Assembly: GCA_000934665.2 (NCBI GenBank)
Contig: KZ538049.1
Span: 124,001-146,854, forward strand
Length of the DNA stretch: 22,854 nucleotides
Source of the DNA: Catajapyx aquilonaris
Taxonomy: Eukaryota
Reading direction: 5' to 3'
The stretch's first letter is position 1; each line of letters starts with the position of its first letter. The notes beneath the pieces were generated by a model that worked only from the letters and a program-made list of their open reading frames with translations, was not told the DNA's origin and searched no databases. Position numbers and translations under genes: made by a program. Below are positions 1 to 10,366 of the stretch, piece by piece.

Positions 1-473
1 ACACTCGAAAGCAAGCCCCAGTGTTGTCTATCGTCGAGTGTCCAGCATGCAACGTCCAACAGCTCCAAGCGCATCAGGCTCGGGCCATCTTAGGGCGATG
101 GTGCGGTGGGGGGGTCACATTCCCCCTTCGTTTCCCCACCCCCCCCTCGTGGTAATGGGCGACATCTATATGCCAAATCACATTGTAATCAACGGACCTT
201 CAAAACTCAGCCAAGGTCATCTCTGCATGTGTTACCGTTTTTGAATAAAAAAATACGTGCCATGACTTATGAAACCCACGTAGCAGGGTTCCTAGTTCTC
301 TAATATTCTGCATGAGCCTCACATCAAACTTTTAGGAGGAAATGCAAGTAGGTGACTTTTCCTGCCACCGTATTAGACTGGTGCATGCATCTTTCAGCTC
401 ATGACACAGCAGGTGGTGGGAGAAAATTGTGAGGATCGATTATTATGAATCCACTTAAGACACAGTGCCTATA

Positions 474-858
474 CAGGGTGGTCAAACTTCAAGTGTCGTT
501 TTATAACGGCGATTAATAGCAGTGATTTTACAATGACACAGCAGCGACGTGTAAAACGGCCCACTTCGGCGCCATCGAAAATATTAGCTGCCAATAGCAG
601 CACACATGTAATCACCCTGCTGCTGGGTTGACCTGGAAAAAAGTAGGTGCACACATGACCTGAGATGCGCCTGGGTGAAATGGGTGACGCCCAAGGCACC
701 AGATGGACCTGTAATGCAAGGGGGAAGCCTGCAAACGAAACACAGCTAATATTTCCGATGGCGCTGAAGTGGGCATTTTACACGTCGCTGCTACGTCAAT
801 CGTTAAGCGCTTCTATTAATAGCCGTTATAAAAAGACACTTGACGTTGGACCACCCTG
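474..858. mobile_element. Tc1/mariner-type MITE, 385 bp
   Basis: TA on both sides (472-473, 859-860). Imperfect TIRs of about 115 bp starting CAGGGTGGTC (474-590 versus 742-858). Confidence 0.9.
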
Positions 859-1352
859 TATATGGGACCTTTCAGATTTACTTTATTTGGGTTTAACTGT
901 ATTATGATTACTAATCAAGTGACATTAATTCTCACAGTATACAGTATGTAAAAAAAATGCCACTACTTGAGTTAAGGCTTATTCCCAAAGCACCTTTTCA
1001 AATGCACAATTGCTCTGTGATATATCACTCAGTTGCAGCTCCAAGCCGGGAACCCCTCCCCCTTAGCCGTAGGAATTCAGGCCAGGAATGCTCGAGTCAG
1101 TGGCTGTCACAGCTTTTCCAAACTGTAGCATTCCCAACTGCTGCAACAGCTCCCTCCCAGCTGTACAGCTGCAGTGAGAAGGGACTGTCACAGAAAGATT
1201 GTGCATAAAAAATTTGTTTGGGAATAGTCCTTTACTCATTTTCTTTCACTTATACGACACTCTCCATAATAACTTCATTTTTCACACTAAAATTATGTGA
1301 AATATAAACAGTTATACATCATGTTCTAAAAACCAATAAGTTGTACACTTAC

Positions 1353-1592
1353 CATCAAAAGTTGCGCATTTTTCTCAAGGGCATGTTTTTCTTTTTCCAT
1401 AGTGTTCAACTTCGCCTGCAGTCTAACATTATCTGTTCCAGCATCTTTTGCTAGCAACTGATGGCATTGCTCCTGGCTTTGTGCCAAGTTCTTAGTCAAG
1501 CGATTAATGGCCTCTCCTGATTCCAGTTGCAACTTCTGAAGTGTCTGTTTCAGTATGACTACTTCATTCTGGAGAGCCGTGCACTCTTTACT
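1353..1592 (-). CDS. CEP152: CEP152/Asterless coding exon 7 (SKECTALQNE...EAINRLTKNLAQSQEQCHQLL...NAQLLM); gene continues beyond the window
   Basis: EAINRLTKNLAQSQEQCHQLL matches CEP152 [21 protein letters not shown]. Acceptor ctatgttacAG, consensus donor ATG|GTAAGT. 240 nt. Confidence 0.92.
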
Positions 1593-1650
1593 CTGTAACA
1601 TAGGAAAGTGTAAGGACACTTAAATGGTCTATTATGTACAACTGTCTTGC

Positions 1651-1851
1651 CTTTTCAAAATTGGATGACCTCATTTCAGCAAGTTCTTTCATCAGCTCTT
1701 GCCTTACAACGTCATGTTGCTCTTTCGTGTGCTTCAAGAGATTCTCATGATGCTCCTTTATCTTCCTCAATGATTCACTGGATTCCAGAGCAGTTAACTG
1801 CTGCTGCATCTTCTTTACTGTCATCTCTGATGACTGAAGCTGTTGAGTCAG
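1651..1851 (-). CDS. CEP152: CEP152/Asterless coding exon 6 (LTQQLQSSEMTVKKMQQQLTALESSESLRKIKEHHE...SSNFEK)
   Basis: Poly-T tract plus gtatAG acceptor. QQLTALESSESLRKIKEHHE matches CEP152 [20 protein letters not shown]. Ends at the non-canonical donor AAG|GCAAGA. Confidence 0.88.
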
Positions 1852-1925
1852 CTATACAGCAAAAAAAAAAAAAAAAAAACAGATTTAGTTAGGATAAGTA
1901 CAGGGCACCAAAATACATTTCTTAC

Positions 1926-2014
1926 ATCAGCCTTGCATTGGTCCAGTGAGACAACTTTTGCACTCAGACTCCTAAAGTCGCTTGTTGCCTCAACATTCAG
2001 TGCTTTCTCAGCAG
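1926..2014 (-). CDS. CEP152: CEP152/Asterless coding exon 5 (AAEKALNVEATSDFRSLSAKVVSLDQCKAD)
   Basis: Acceptor atatttttAG, donor GAT|GTAAGA. 89 nt, phase 1 to 0, compatible with both neighbours. Confidence 0.85.
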
Positions 2015-2552
2015 CTAAAAATATTGACAAACACAAAGTCAAGAAACAACAAGTCAATTCCACATTTAAACTGAAGGCAACAAACAAGAGAGTAATCAGC
2101 TCCCATTTATAATTTCTTTTAAATCTCATGCAATTAATAAAATCTCCACGTAACTCTCTTAAGAAAATTACACTAGATTACCACATTTATATTTAATGCA
2201 TTCCTTCAGATAGTCACATATATTTGCCAGCTGTTGTCAAATTCCATCAGAACCAGCTTAACATAGTTGCTCTCTCCTCTTGGGGCTCCTTAAAGTTAGG
2301 CTCGTAAGAAGAATTGTGGACGGAATAGAACGAGAGGTTGTATACTTAATATTTCAATTTGTACTGTAATTGTTCATACTATACAAACAGCATTGGGTTA
2401 CTTCAACAAAAGACACTACATCATTGACTAGCTAAAGGGAACTCATGTCAGTGGGTTATTCTGTCAAATTTTTATTTTCTTACCAGGCTTAGCGAGTAAT
2501 TATTAGGTGCCTTCATTTTAAAATTGCATCTCACTTGGGCCTTTCAAATCTT

Positions 2553-3418
<866 letters not shown>

Positions 3419-4493
3419 GGCCTTTCAAATCTTGAAAATTGTTTTCCCTGGTCAACTGGGCTTACGTTTCAGTTTTGAAGAAAAACAATAGCACCCCTGT
3501 ATTTTTTCCAGAGAGATTTTCAGGGTCCCCTTCTTTAGTTCATGTTTCAACAATCCTGTGGCTGGTGGGTTTCTTGCTTTCTGGCCAGTTTTCAATCTGC
3601 CCCATTTATCTGATTATGGCCTTCCTCAACCACCAGTATGCTAACATGCATGCACCTACCAACCACATCCAACTTCTAAGACTCAGGAGGATGAGAAGTC
3701 GGTTTGTCAGAACTACCTGGTCACCCTCAGGAAGGTAGTAACAATGATTAACCCTTATAGGATGGGTGTTCCATACATGGAATGGCAACTTTAAAAAATT
3801 CTGTTGGCGAAACTACAGTGTTTTCCGACTATGTAAACTGGTTTCTGTGCGTCTCACGTAAAAATCGCGAATTTTGGACTACAAAATCTTGCATAAATAA
3901 ACCAGATTAACTTAAATGACATCATCTGCCCAGCATCATCTTTTTGCGGCCGCTGAAAAAAAACCTTCTCCCATGACCTTGGGCGGCAAATTTTTGGCAT
4001 ACATAGTTGTCCCCAAACCTCCTCAAGAGATTCCACCCAAAAATTAGTTCTAAATATTATCATTAGGTTTTAAAAGTCAATAAATAATGTTGGATGGTGC
4101 TCAATTATAGCTAAATCAGCACAACCCGGATTGTGCGGCCATCTTGCGGGTGGGGGATTAACTGATCTGAAGGAGGCTGAGTCTGAACTCTGGATGGGAG
4201 CTTCCTGGTTGCTAAAAAGTCTCTTCCAGTGAGTTGGACGCGCCAATACTTCAAACAGACATTTGTTTTCTGAGCTGTGCAAAATCGCCAAAAAACGCCC
4301 GTATTATTAGGGTTAATACTGGTTCATCTGCATGAGGTATAATCAATCATGCTAATCTTTCATCATCCTCAAAATGATGTATAAATTTTAAATCATAATT
4401 TGACTCCGTATTATAAGCAGTGCCAACATGTCCTTCACCTTGCATAATTAACACAATTTTTTAAAAATAATCCAGAAAAAATATTTCAGTCAC

Positions 4494-4673
4494 CAAGAAG
4501 TTGCTGGGTTTGTCGCAGACTGTCCTTTAACCCATCTCTCTCTTCTTGGGCGAGAATGCACTGGTGACGCAACAAGTTATTCTGTTCTTCAAACTCGTCC
4601 AGCTGCTTATTCGTGTCATGCTTCATTCGTTCAATCTCACGGCCCCGAGCCTCATATAGAACTTCCAATTCAG
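4494..4673 (-). CDS. CEP152: CEP152/Asterless coding exon 4 (AELEVLYEARGREIERMK...EERDGLKDSLRQTQQLL)
   Basis: Matches the CEP152 coiled-coil segment I recall from human (LQVLNKAKERQLE...DEKDGLTLSLRESQKLF). Acceptor cccattgcAG, donor TTG|GTGACT. 180 nt. Confidence 0.9.
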
Positions 4674-4747
4674 CTGCAATGGGAAAATACAATCAACTCA
4701 GTAAAGGCAGATTAATTCACATCATCATCACACACAAACAAACCCAC

Positions 4748-5020
4748 CGGGGTTCAACTGTTGATCTTCTTGAATAAAAGGTAATGGTTTTCGATTAAAT
4801 TTGTGAGGACCATTAGAAGCTACTTTGAAGCATCGGTAATAATGCCCTTCCTGTTCTTCATCAACAGTGCTACTACTATTGTGTTGAAGTGACAAGATCT
4901 GCTCACCATTTGGCATATCATAAGTTATGGCACGCCCGTTGTTATTGTTTGTGTCTTGAGAATTTGGAGTAGAAGTGGCACAGCTAGCTACATTACTTCC
5001 TGCAACGGTAGAAGTGAACG
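4748..5020 (-). CDS. CEP152: CEP152/Asterless coding exon 3 (low-complexity linker AFTSTVAGSNVASCATSTP...EDQQLNP)
   Basis: Acceptor atattttcAG at 5021-5022, donor CCG|GTGGGT. 273 nt, open frame, phase 1 to 1, followed by a 74-nt intron. Confidence 0.75.
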
Positions 5021-5080
5021 CTGAAAATATCTGATTTCAAACAAATAATAACAAAATATATAGTCACTAAATTACAAGTC

Positions 5081-6025
5081 AGTCAATTTTGACAAAAGTT
5101 GTTACTCGTCCCCTGGCGATAGCCTTGCATAAAATAAATGTTATGACATATTCAAGAGGTGATGTCCAAACCAAAGTTTCAAAATTGTTTGATAATAATT
5201 TATTTCAGGAAATGTGGTATTTCAAAATGGTGTCTGGAACATATTCAGCTCATCATCACAAATTTTCTCACATGTCTGCAATTGTCACATATATCAAACA
5301 GGAAGAAATTAGGAATCATGTACGAGGGGTGTCCAGAAAGTAAGGTAAAACATTTCTCATCTTGGAAAGTTTTAATGACAGAAGCACACAACTTACACAT
5401 ATTGAAGATATGGTGAGTGTCATTACTTGTTATAATCCATGAGTCGGTACAAGCACTTGTCCGACCATTACACCAAGTCTTCTATACCCCCCGCCTAAAT
5501 TTTCGGGTCAAGCGAAGGTAACCACACAGGCGATAACCTCTAACTTCACCTCCTCGTCACTTGCAAACTCTTTTTCCGACAAGAGTCGGGTTTCAGGGGG
5601 CCAAATTTCCACGACTTTTATCAGAGAAGACCTGGTCTTGACAGTTTTTGGCTGGAGAAAATGATTTTTCCAAACCATAGAAACCAGCTAGGTCTCTAGC
5701 TTGGCATTATGCATCCAAAGACTGTGTGCTTCGATATAGGTGAGAAATCTTGGACCCCTCTCACTTCTTCCTTTTCGACCCCCTGAAACATCACCTGGTT
5801 ACCTTTGCTTGACCCGAAAATTTAGGCGGGGGGTATAGAAGACTCGGTGTAATGGTCAGACAAGTGCTTGTACAGACTCATGGATTATAACGAGTAATGA
5901 CATTCACCATATCTTCAATATGTGTAAGTGTTGTGCTTCTGTCATTAAAACTTTCCAAGATAAAAAATGTTTTCCTGTACTTTCCAGACACCCCTCGTAG
6001 CATTGTATTTGAAGTGTGACAGATA
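5081..6025 (+). repeat. Old interspersed repeat, copy A (5081-5320 plus 6000-6025), split by a mariner MITE
   Basis: Colinear similarity with the reverse complement of 9432-9686, e.g. GTCAATTTTGAC.AAAGTT, CAGGAAAT.TGGT, CTGGA.CATATTCAGCT and CATTGTAT.TGA.GTGT.ACAGAT. Confidence 0.75.
5323..5997. mobile_element. Non-autonomous mariner derivative with about 200-bp inverted arms carrying a decayed transposase C-terminus
   Basis: TA TSD, ends CGAGGGGTGTC...GACACCCCTCG. Minus-strand translation of about 5423-5606 gives FGPLK..SEKEFASDEEVKLEV..WLPSLDPKI*AGGIEDLV*WSDKCL..MDY, a mariner transposase C-terminal signature. Confidence 0.9.
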
Positions 6026-6565
6026 AATGCAGAACACATACCGTCGTCCATATAACTCAAGGACAAATTCGACATTTTCGTAATTTTACAGGGGAGCCAA
6101 AAGAAACCTGCAAACTGCTCTAAAAAAAAAGAGAATGCCATATATAATGATGCAAAATGGGGACAGTGCACAAAATGTATGTCCCATGCTCATGGGTATT
6201 AAGTATTAAGCATGTACTACGCGTGTATCAACGATATTATTGTTGCGAATTTGCCCTTAGTGTCAGCTTTTGCTTGGACTAAGTGATTGTTGCAAAAAGG
6301 ACTGATACTGGTATACGTGCACAATAATGAGATTTTTCCGGGGAATCATATTGGATGACAATGACAGGTTTGGTAAGGAACATAAGTGAGACAATGCATC
6401 ACACGATACCTACGTATGAAAAAAATTAAATGATAACTGAAGACAACAAAGTAACATATTCTGGAGTAAAATATTTTTGGGTACTGTTAATAATGTGAGA
6501 GGCAGTGGGGAATAAGTCAAGCTTTCAGAGGAATCACTACTGAAATATGAAGTCTCAAAAATTAC

Positions 6566-6953
6566 TCTCTTTTTTTGTTTTTTTTTGTGTTATACCCCGT
6601 GCTAGGGCCTTAGGCCCTCTTAGGGGAATGGAATACCACCATCGGTGCAGGGGACAGGATAGGAATAATGAGGGGAGGACACTGGTGCAAGTGCAATGTC
6701 ATCAAGTTGAGGGTCATGTGCAGTCCCTCAGGGGGCCCGTTCGCCAAGATGATCCCCTAGATGCGGGTCAGAAACCACCCACCGACACCGCACCTCCTCC
6801 AGGGATGGAAGGGAAGGATGTGGCTGTGGCCTATTTTACGGTACGATCCCAGAATTTTTCCTGGGGCGACCTTGGAAAACCACAGAAAACCAAGGTCAGG
6901 ATCGCCGGCCTCCGGGAGAACCCAGGACATATCGATTAGCAGTCGAACACCAT
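6566..6953 (-). mobile_element. tRNA-derived SINE, mosaic type with degenerate head
   Basis: tRNA-like head remnant GTTCGACTGCTAATCG...GTCCTGGGTTC. Shares the CACATG.CCC...CATTGCACTTGCAC core and 3' tail with the SINEs at 7226 and 7732. A-rich tail. Degenerate TSD gtc(t)caaaaat.ac. Confidence 0.75.
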
Positions 6954-7225
6954 GTCCAAAAATAACAATATCTGCTACTTTGTATTGAAGAAATGATAAT
7001 ATCTCCGTTGTATTCGTCCTTTTTCTGAGATTCACAATCTTCGTGACGCTGTACCCGCCCTTTTGATTTTCGGCTGAATACCAAAGTTGCTCTACAGTAA
7101 ATCTGAGAAATTAGTCCTTGTGGGTAAGAAATTTTCAAGGTTTTATAGACACACCTCTATTCACATGAACAGAAAAAAGCACCAAGGAGGGGGAACAATG
7201 GTGTGTCTTATATTATTGGATGAGG

Positions 7226-7577
7226 AGGGGAGGTGTGGTGGCCGAGATGGTAACGTCTCGGCTTGCTGAGTGGAAGGTCCCAGGTTCGATCCTCACCTGG
7301 GAGTTCCCTTCCACCTGCGTCGGGAGGGTCTCTGACCTGCACCTTGGAGGTGTCTGGCAACCTAACCTCCTGGGGGACTGCACATGGCCCAGCGTTGGGC
7401 ATTGCACTTGCACAAGTGTCCCCTCCCCAACAATCCCTATCCCTACCCTACATCCCTAATTATTCCTTGCACGGTGAAGAAAAGTAGAAAAATATGTCTA
7501 TATGGTGGTAATCCACTCCCCTATAAACCCAAATCTGGTTATCACGAGGTAATAAAAAGAAGAAAAAAAAAGAACAA
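7226..7577 (+). mobile_element. Full-length tRNA-derived SINE
   Basis: Pol III A box TGGCCGAGATGG (7239-7250) and B box GGTTCGATCC (7283-7292). A-rich tail. 14-bp TSD ATTATTGGATGAGG (7212-7225, 7578-7591). Confidence 0.92.
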
Positions 7578-7608
7578 ATTATTGGATGAGGCTTGAAATG
7601 TTCTATAA

Positions 7609-7647
7609 CAATAATAATAATAATGGATACCCTGTGATAGGCCTCAA
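7609..7647 (-). mobile_element. 39-bp extreme 5'-truncated retroposon insertion with a (TTA)n tail
   Basis: 14-bp direct repeat GAAATGTTCTATAA (7595-7608, 7648-7661). The insert (reverse complement) AGGCCTATCACAGGGTATCC(ATT)n resembles the SINE 3' ends. Confidence 0.75.
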
Positions 7648-7731
7648 GAAATGTTCTATAAGAAGAGATGTGAAAATTTAAGGTGGACCTAGAAATTTTT
7701 GAAATATTGTAAATCTTACTCTGTAGGACTA

Positions 7732-8084
7732 GTTTTTTATATTTATTTTACCTCGTGATACAACGATAAGCCGTTATGGGGGGCGTCACACCAACATCAG
7801 TTTTCTAGTGTTAGTAATCTTCTTCTCTCACCAGTGCAAGGAAACAAGGACATAGGGTAAGGGTAAGGATTGGGATTTCTGGGGAGGGAACATGGGTGCA
7901 AGTGCAATGTCTGTAAAGGGGTCATGTGCTGTTCCCCAGGAGGTTAAGTTGCCAGACACCTCCAAGGCGCAGGTCAGAGACCCTCCTGACGCAGGTGAAA
8001 GGAAATCCCAGGTGGGGATCGGACCTGGGACCTTTCACTCAGCAAGTCGAGACGTTACCATATCTGCCACCAAACCTCCCCCCC
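7732..8084 (-). mobile_element. Full-length tRNA-derived SINE, second copy of the 7226 family, inverted
   Basis: The reverse complement aligns along its length with 7226-7577. TSD GTAGGACTA (7723-7731, 8085-8093). Confidence 0.92.
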
Positions 8085-8180
8085 GTAGGACTAATTTCTC
8101 ATATTGAAAATAGCACTGGCTGTTGACTCATGTGCAGGACACACAGTCCTCCCAAGGCCATAAACGTATTGTACTCTTAA

Positions 8181-9396
8181 GGCGGATATGAACCGACAGG
8201 TCACTATCTAACAATTCTATGAAATTTACACACGTCAAAGTTTAAGAGGTCTTCTTCCCAGTGGCACCAAAAAAACTACCCCTTCCCATACAAATTAGCT
8301 CACAGGGTGACTCGGAAGTTTCCAATTAACATTGAGGCTTATGGGGAATTAAAACTTTCCTGGAAAGCATCTTAGAAATCTACGACCTTTAAAATAACAT
8401 GATGAAAATATGAGAAATAATGTATAGAGGGTAATTCTGAAAAGAAAATGACACCTTGCCATGGCATTTAAATTGTTATCGACGAAAAACTATCCAGTGA
8501 CGTCACATTGCCTCAGGCGAGGAAGGAAGTGGCAACACAGCATTTACAGTAGTGAGATAAGGTTGCATATGACCGCGAAATATGAGTGCAAGTGAGACGG
8601 TTATTGCAATGACGTGAAGGATTTTTGTTTGTCAGACATCAGAACCATTATATTAGTTTATAGTTATATTGGTTATATTAGAACTGTTACACTAGGGCCA
8701 TATAGTTTCCAGTTACTTAAAAGTTTTTTTCTTAAAATTATTTTTTTCTCTGGGGGGGCTGTAACCCGTCAAACTTCCCACCTCCATCAGCCCCTGTCGA
8801 CTATCAGTGAGCCTTTGTCCAGTGTAGTGATAATTGAAAGACCACAGTGCCAAAAATGGACCAACAAATGCTCTCAAATACCCAGGAAATACCAGTTTCA
8901 GACTCTGTCAGAATAGAACGTTCGAATCGCACGGCAAGAGATTCCACCTTCCACCGACCAGGAGGCAGATATCCCGTGTGACATCACATACCTTTGCTGC
9001 ATTGCCACTTCTATCTGTGCACACGTATACCAACACAATGTGTTCCAAATCCAGCACAAATTAAGAGCTACAAGCTCCCCTTTCGGAATTAAACTTGTAA
9101 AAATGCCATGACAAGGTGGGACAACGTAATTACGACCGAATAAAATGAATTTTCATCCAAAATAAAAATTATTAAGCATACCTCCAAATACCACGTTACA
9201 GTTGGCAGGTGTGAAACATCCAGCCGGGTATTGGCCCATATTAAATCGAGTTTAAAGCGCAGATTTTAATGGAATGCATAGGATTCAACAGCATTTACTG
9301 CTGCATCGGGTGCATATGTTTTCCGGATTTTAGCCCTTCTTCTTAACGTTTCTATTCTAGACTCTCAGTTGATTAGAGAGTAGGTTCATATCCACC
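8181..9396. mobile_element. Kolobok-like non-autonomous DNA transposon, 1216 bp
   Basis: TTAA at both ends (8177-8180, 9397-9400). TIR GGCGGATATGAACC / GGTTCATATCCACC. GG termini with TTAA fit Kolobok rather than piggyBac (CC termini). Confidence 0.72.
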
Positions 9397-9431
9397 TTAA
9401 AGTGATTTTTGTCACTTTTCTATGGTAATGG

Positions 9432-9686
9432 ATCTGTGACACCTCATATACAATGTTATCAAATAAGCGTCCTCATTTCTTGCTTGTGATCATTTCAACT
9501 GCGCGATAAAATTAATGGCAACAAGCTGAATATGCTCCAGAATCCATTTTCAAACCACCATATTTCCTGGCATGAATTATCAAAAAATTGTGAAACCTCC
9601 GGTTTGACATCTCTTGAGTGCATTGTAGCATTTCTTTTTCACAAAAATCCCTTGGAAACGAATCATAACTTTCGTCAAAATTGACT
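9432..9686 (-). repeat. Old interspersed repeat, copy B (uninterrupted)
   Basis: Inverted homology with 5081-5320 plus 6000-6025. Confidence 0.75.
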
Positions 9687-9725
9687 CAGTTGAGGTCGAA
9701 TGATCTACAATGCCAAACAGTGTTG

Positions 9726-9986
9726 CAGTGGCGGATCCAGGGGGGGGGACGACGACGACGACGACTTGCAAAAAACCCTCTAAAACCTGTTGTAGGACAG
9801 TGCAAAATTGCACTGTTCTATGGGTTCTTTTCCATTTTGCGGTCGCTACCCCAAATTTGGGGTCGCGAGAAAAGGGTTGTGACCTTGAACCCCCAAAAAA
9901 TTTAGCCTGCTGCGGGCCCTGCTCGCTCCCCCCAACCTATACCCTTGTGCCCTCCCCCCCGGAAAAAATTTCTGGATCCGCCCCTG
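9726..9986. mobile_element. MITE, probably hAT-type, 261 bp
   Basis: 15-bp TIR CAGTGGCGGATCCAG / CTGGATCCGCCCCTG with 1 mismatch. The 8-bp flanks CAGTGTTG / GTCTGTTG match only 5/8. Confidence 0.8.
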
Positions 9987-10019
9987 GTCTGTTGGGATCA
10001 TTCCCTATTGCCACAATAC

Positions 10020-10101
10020 CAGAATCTTGGTCCCCATATTCATCACTGGTGAAGGAATGCTCATCAACGTTAGAGAATTCCTTTGTCACAAGTTCTCGCA
10101 A
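10020..10101 (-). CDS. CEP152: CEP152/Asterless coding exon 2 (LRELVTKEFSNVDEHSFTSDEYGDQDS)
   Basis: Acceptor ttttacttttcAG in phase 0. Donor CTG|GTATTG in phase 1 matches the next exon. The donor is weak, so the 3' boundary is less certain. Confidence 0.7.
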
Positions 10102-10237
10102 CTGAAAAGTAAAATGATATGTACAATGAGGAGCCATTCAGAAGTACAAAACAAATTTATCAATTTAAACCAACATCTGTGATGTAATTAACCAAACCAT
10201 GTTCATCACTGATTACTTAATCAAGAGAAACCTATAC

Positions 10238-10366
10238 CTCTGCATTCCTCCTAATTTCTTCCAGTAAGTCCTCTTCCTCCTCTTCCATATCCTGAGGGGT
10301 CTGGATCTCACTATCGAAGACTAAGCTGGTCAGGTCGCTGACAAAGTTGAATTCTGTATGCTCCAT
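10238..10366 (-). CDS. CEP152: CEP152/Asterless coding exon 1 (MEHTEFNFVSDLTSLVFDSEIQTPQDMEEEEEDLLEEIRRNAE); the exon starts at 10386 with a short 5'UTR part
   Basis: ATG at 10366 has an upstream in-frame TAG (10382-10384). Acceptor ttttatttcatcAG at 10387-10388 and donor GAG|GTATAG, phase 0. The acidic N-terminal helix resembles the PLK4-binding N-terminus of CEP152 (recalled similarity, not searched). Confidence 0.78.

Noticed and set aside
1..253. Possible retroposon 3' end (AATAAA plus A-run)
   Set aside because: Cut by the window edge, with no TSD or homology available to test.
280..328. Possible further CEP152 exon (FDVRLMQNIRELGTLL, minus strand)
   Set aside because: Weak AAG acceptor and no recognisable CEP152 similarity, so it cannot be supported.
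3816..4321. Possible old TA-flanked DNA transposon (CAGTGTTTTCCG... / ...GGGTTAATACTG)
   Set aside because: Terminal similarity is too weak and there is no right-hand TA.
7226..7300. tRNA gene
   Set aside because: A and B boxes are present, but the sequence continues as a SINE body with tail and TSD, and no complete cloverleaf is evident.
9580..9813. Continuation of CEP152 exon 2 across the MITE
   Set aside because: All frames beyond the MITE hit stops, and the region is homologous to the intronic repeat at 5081.
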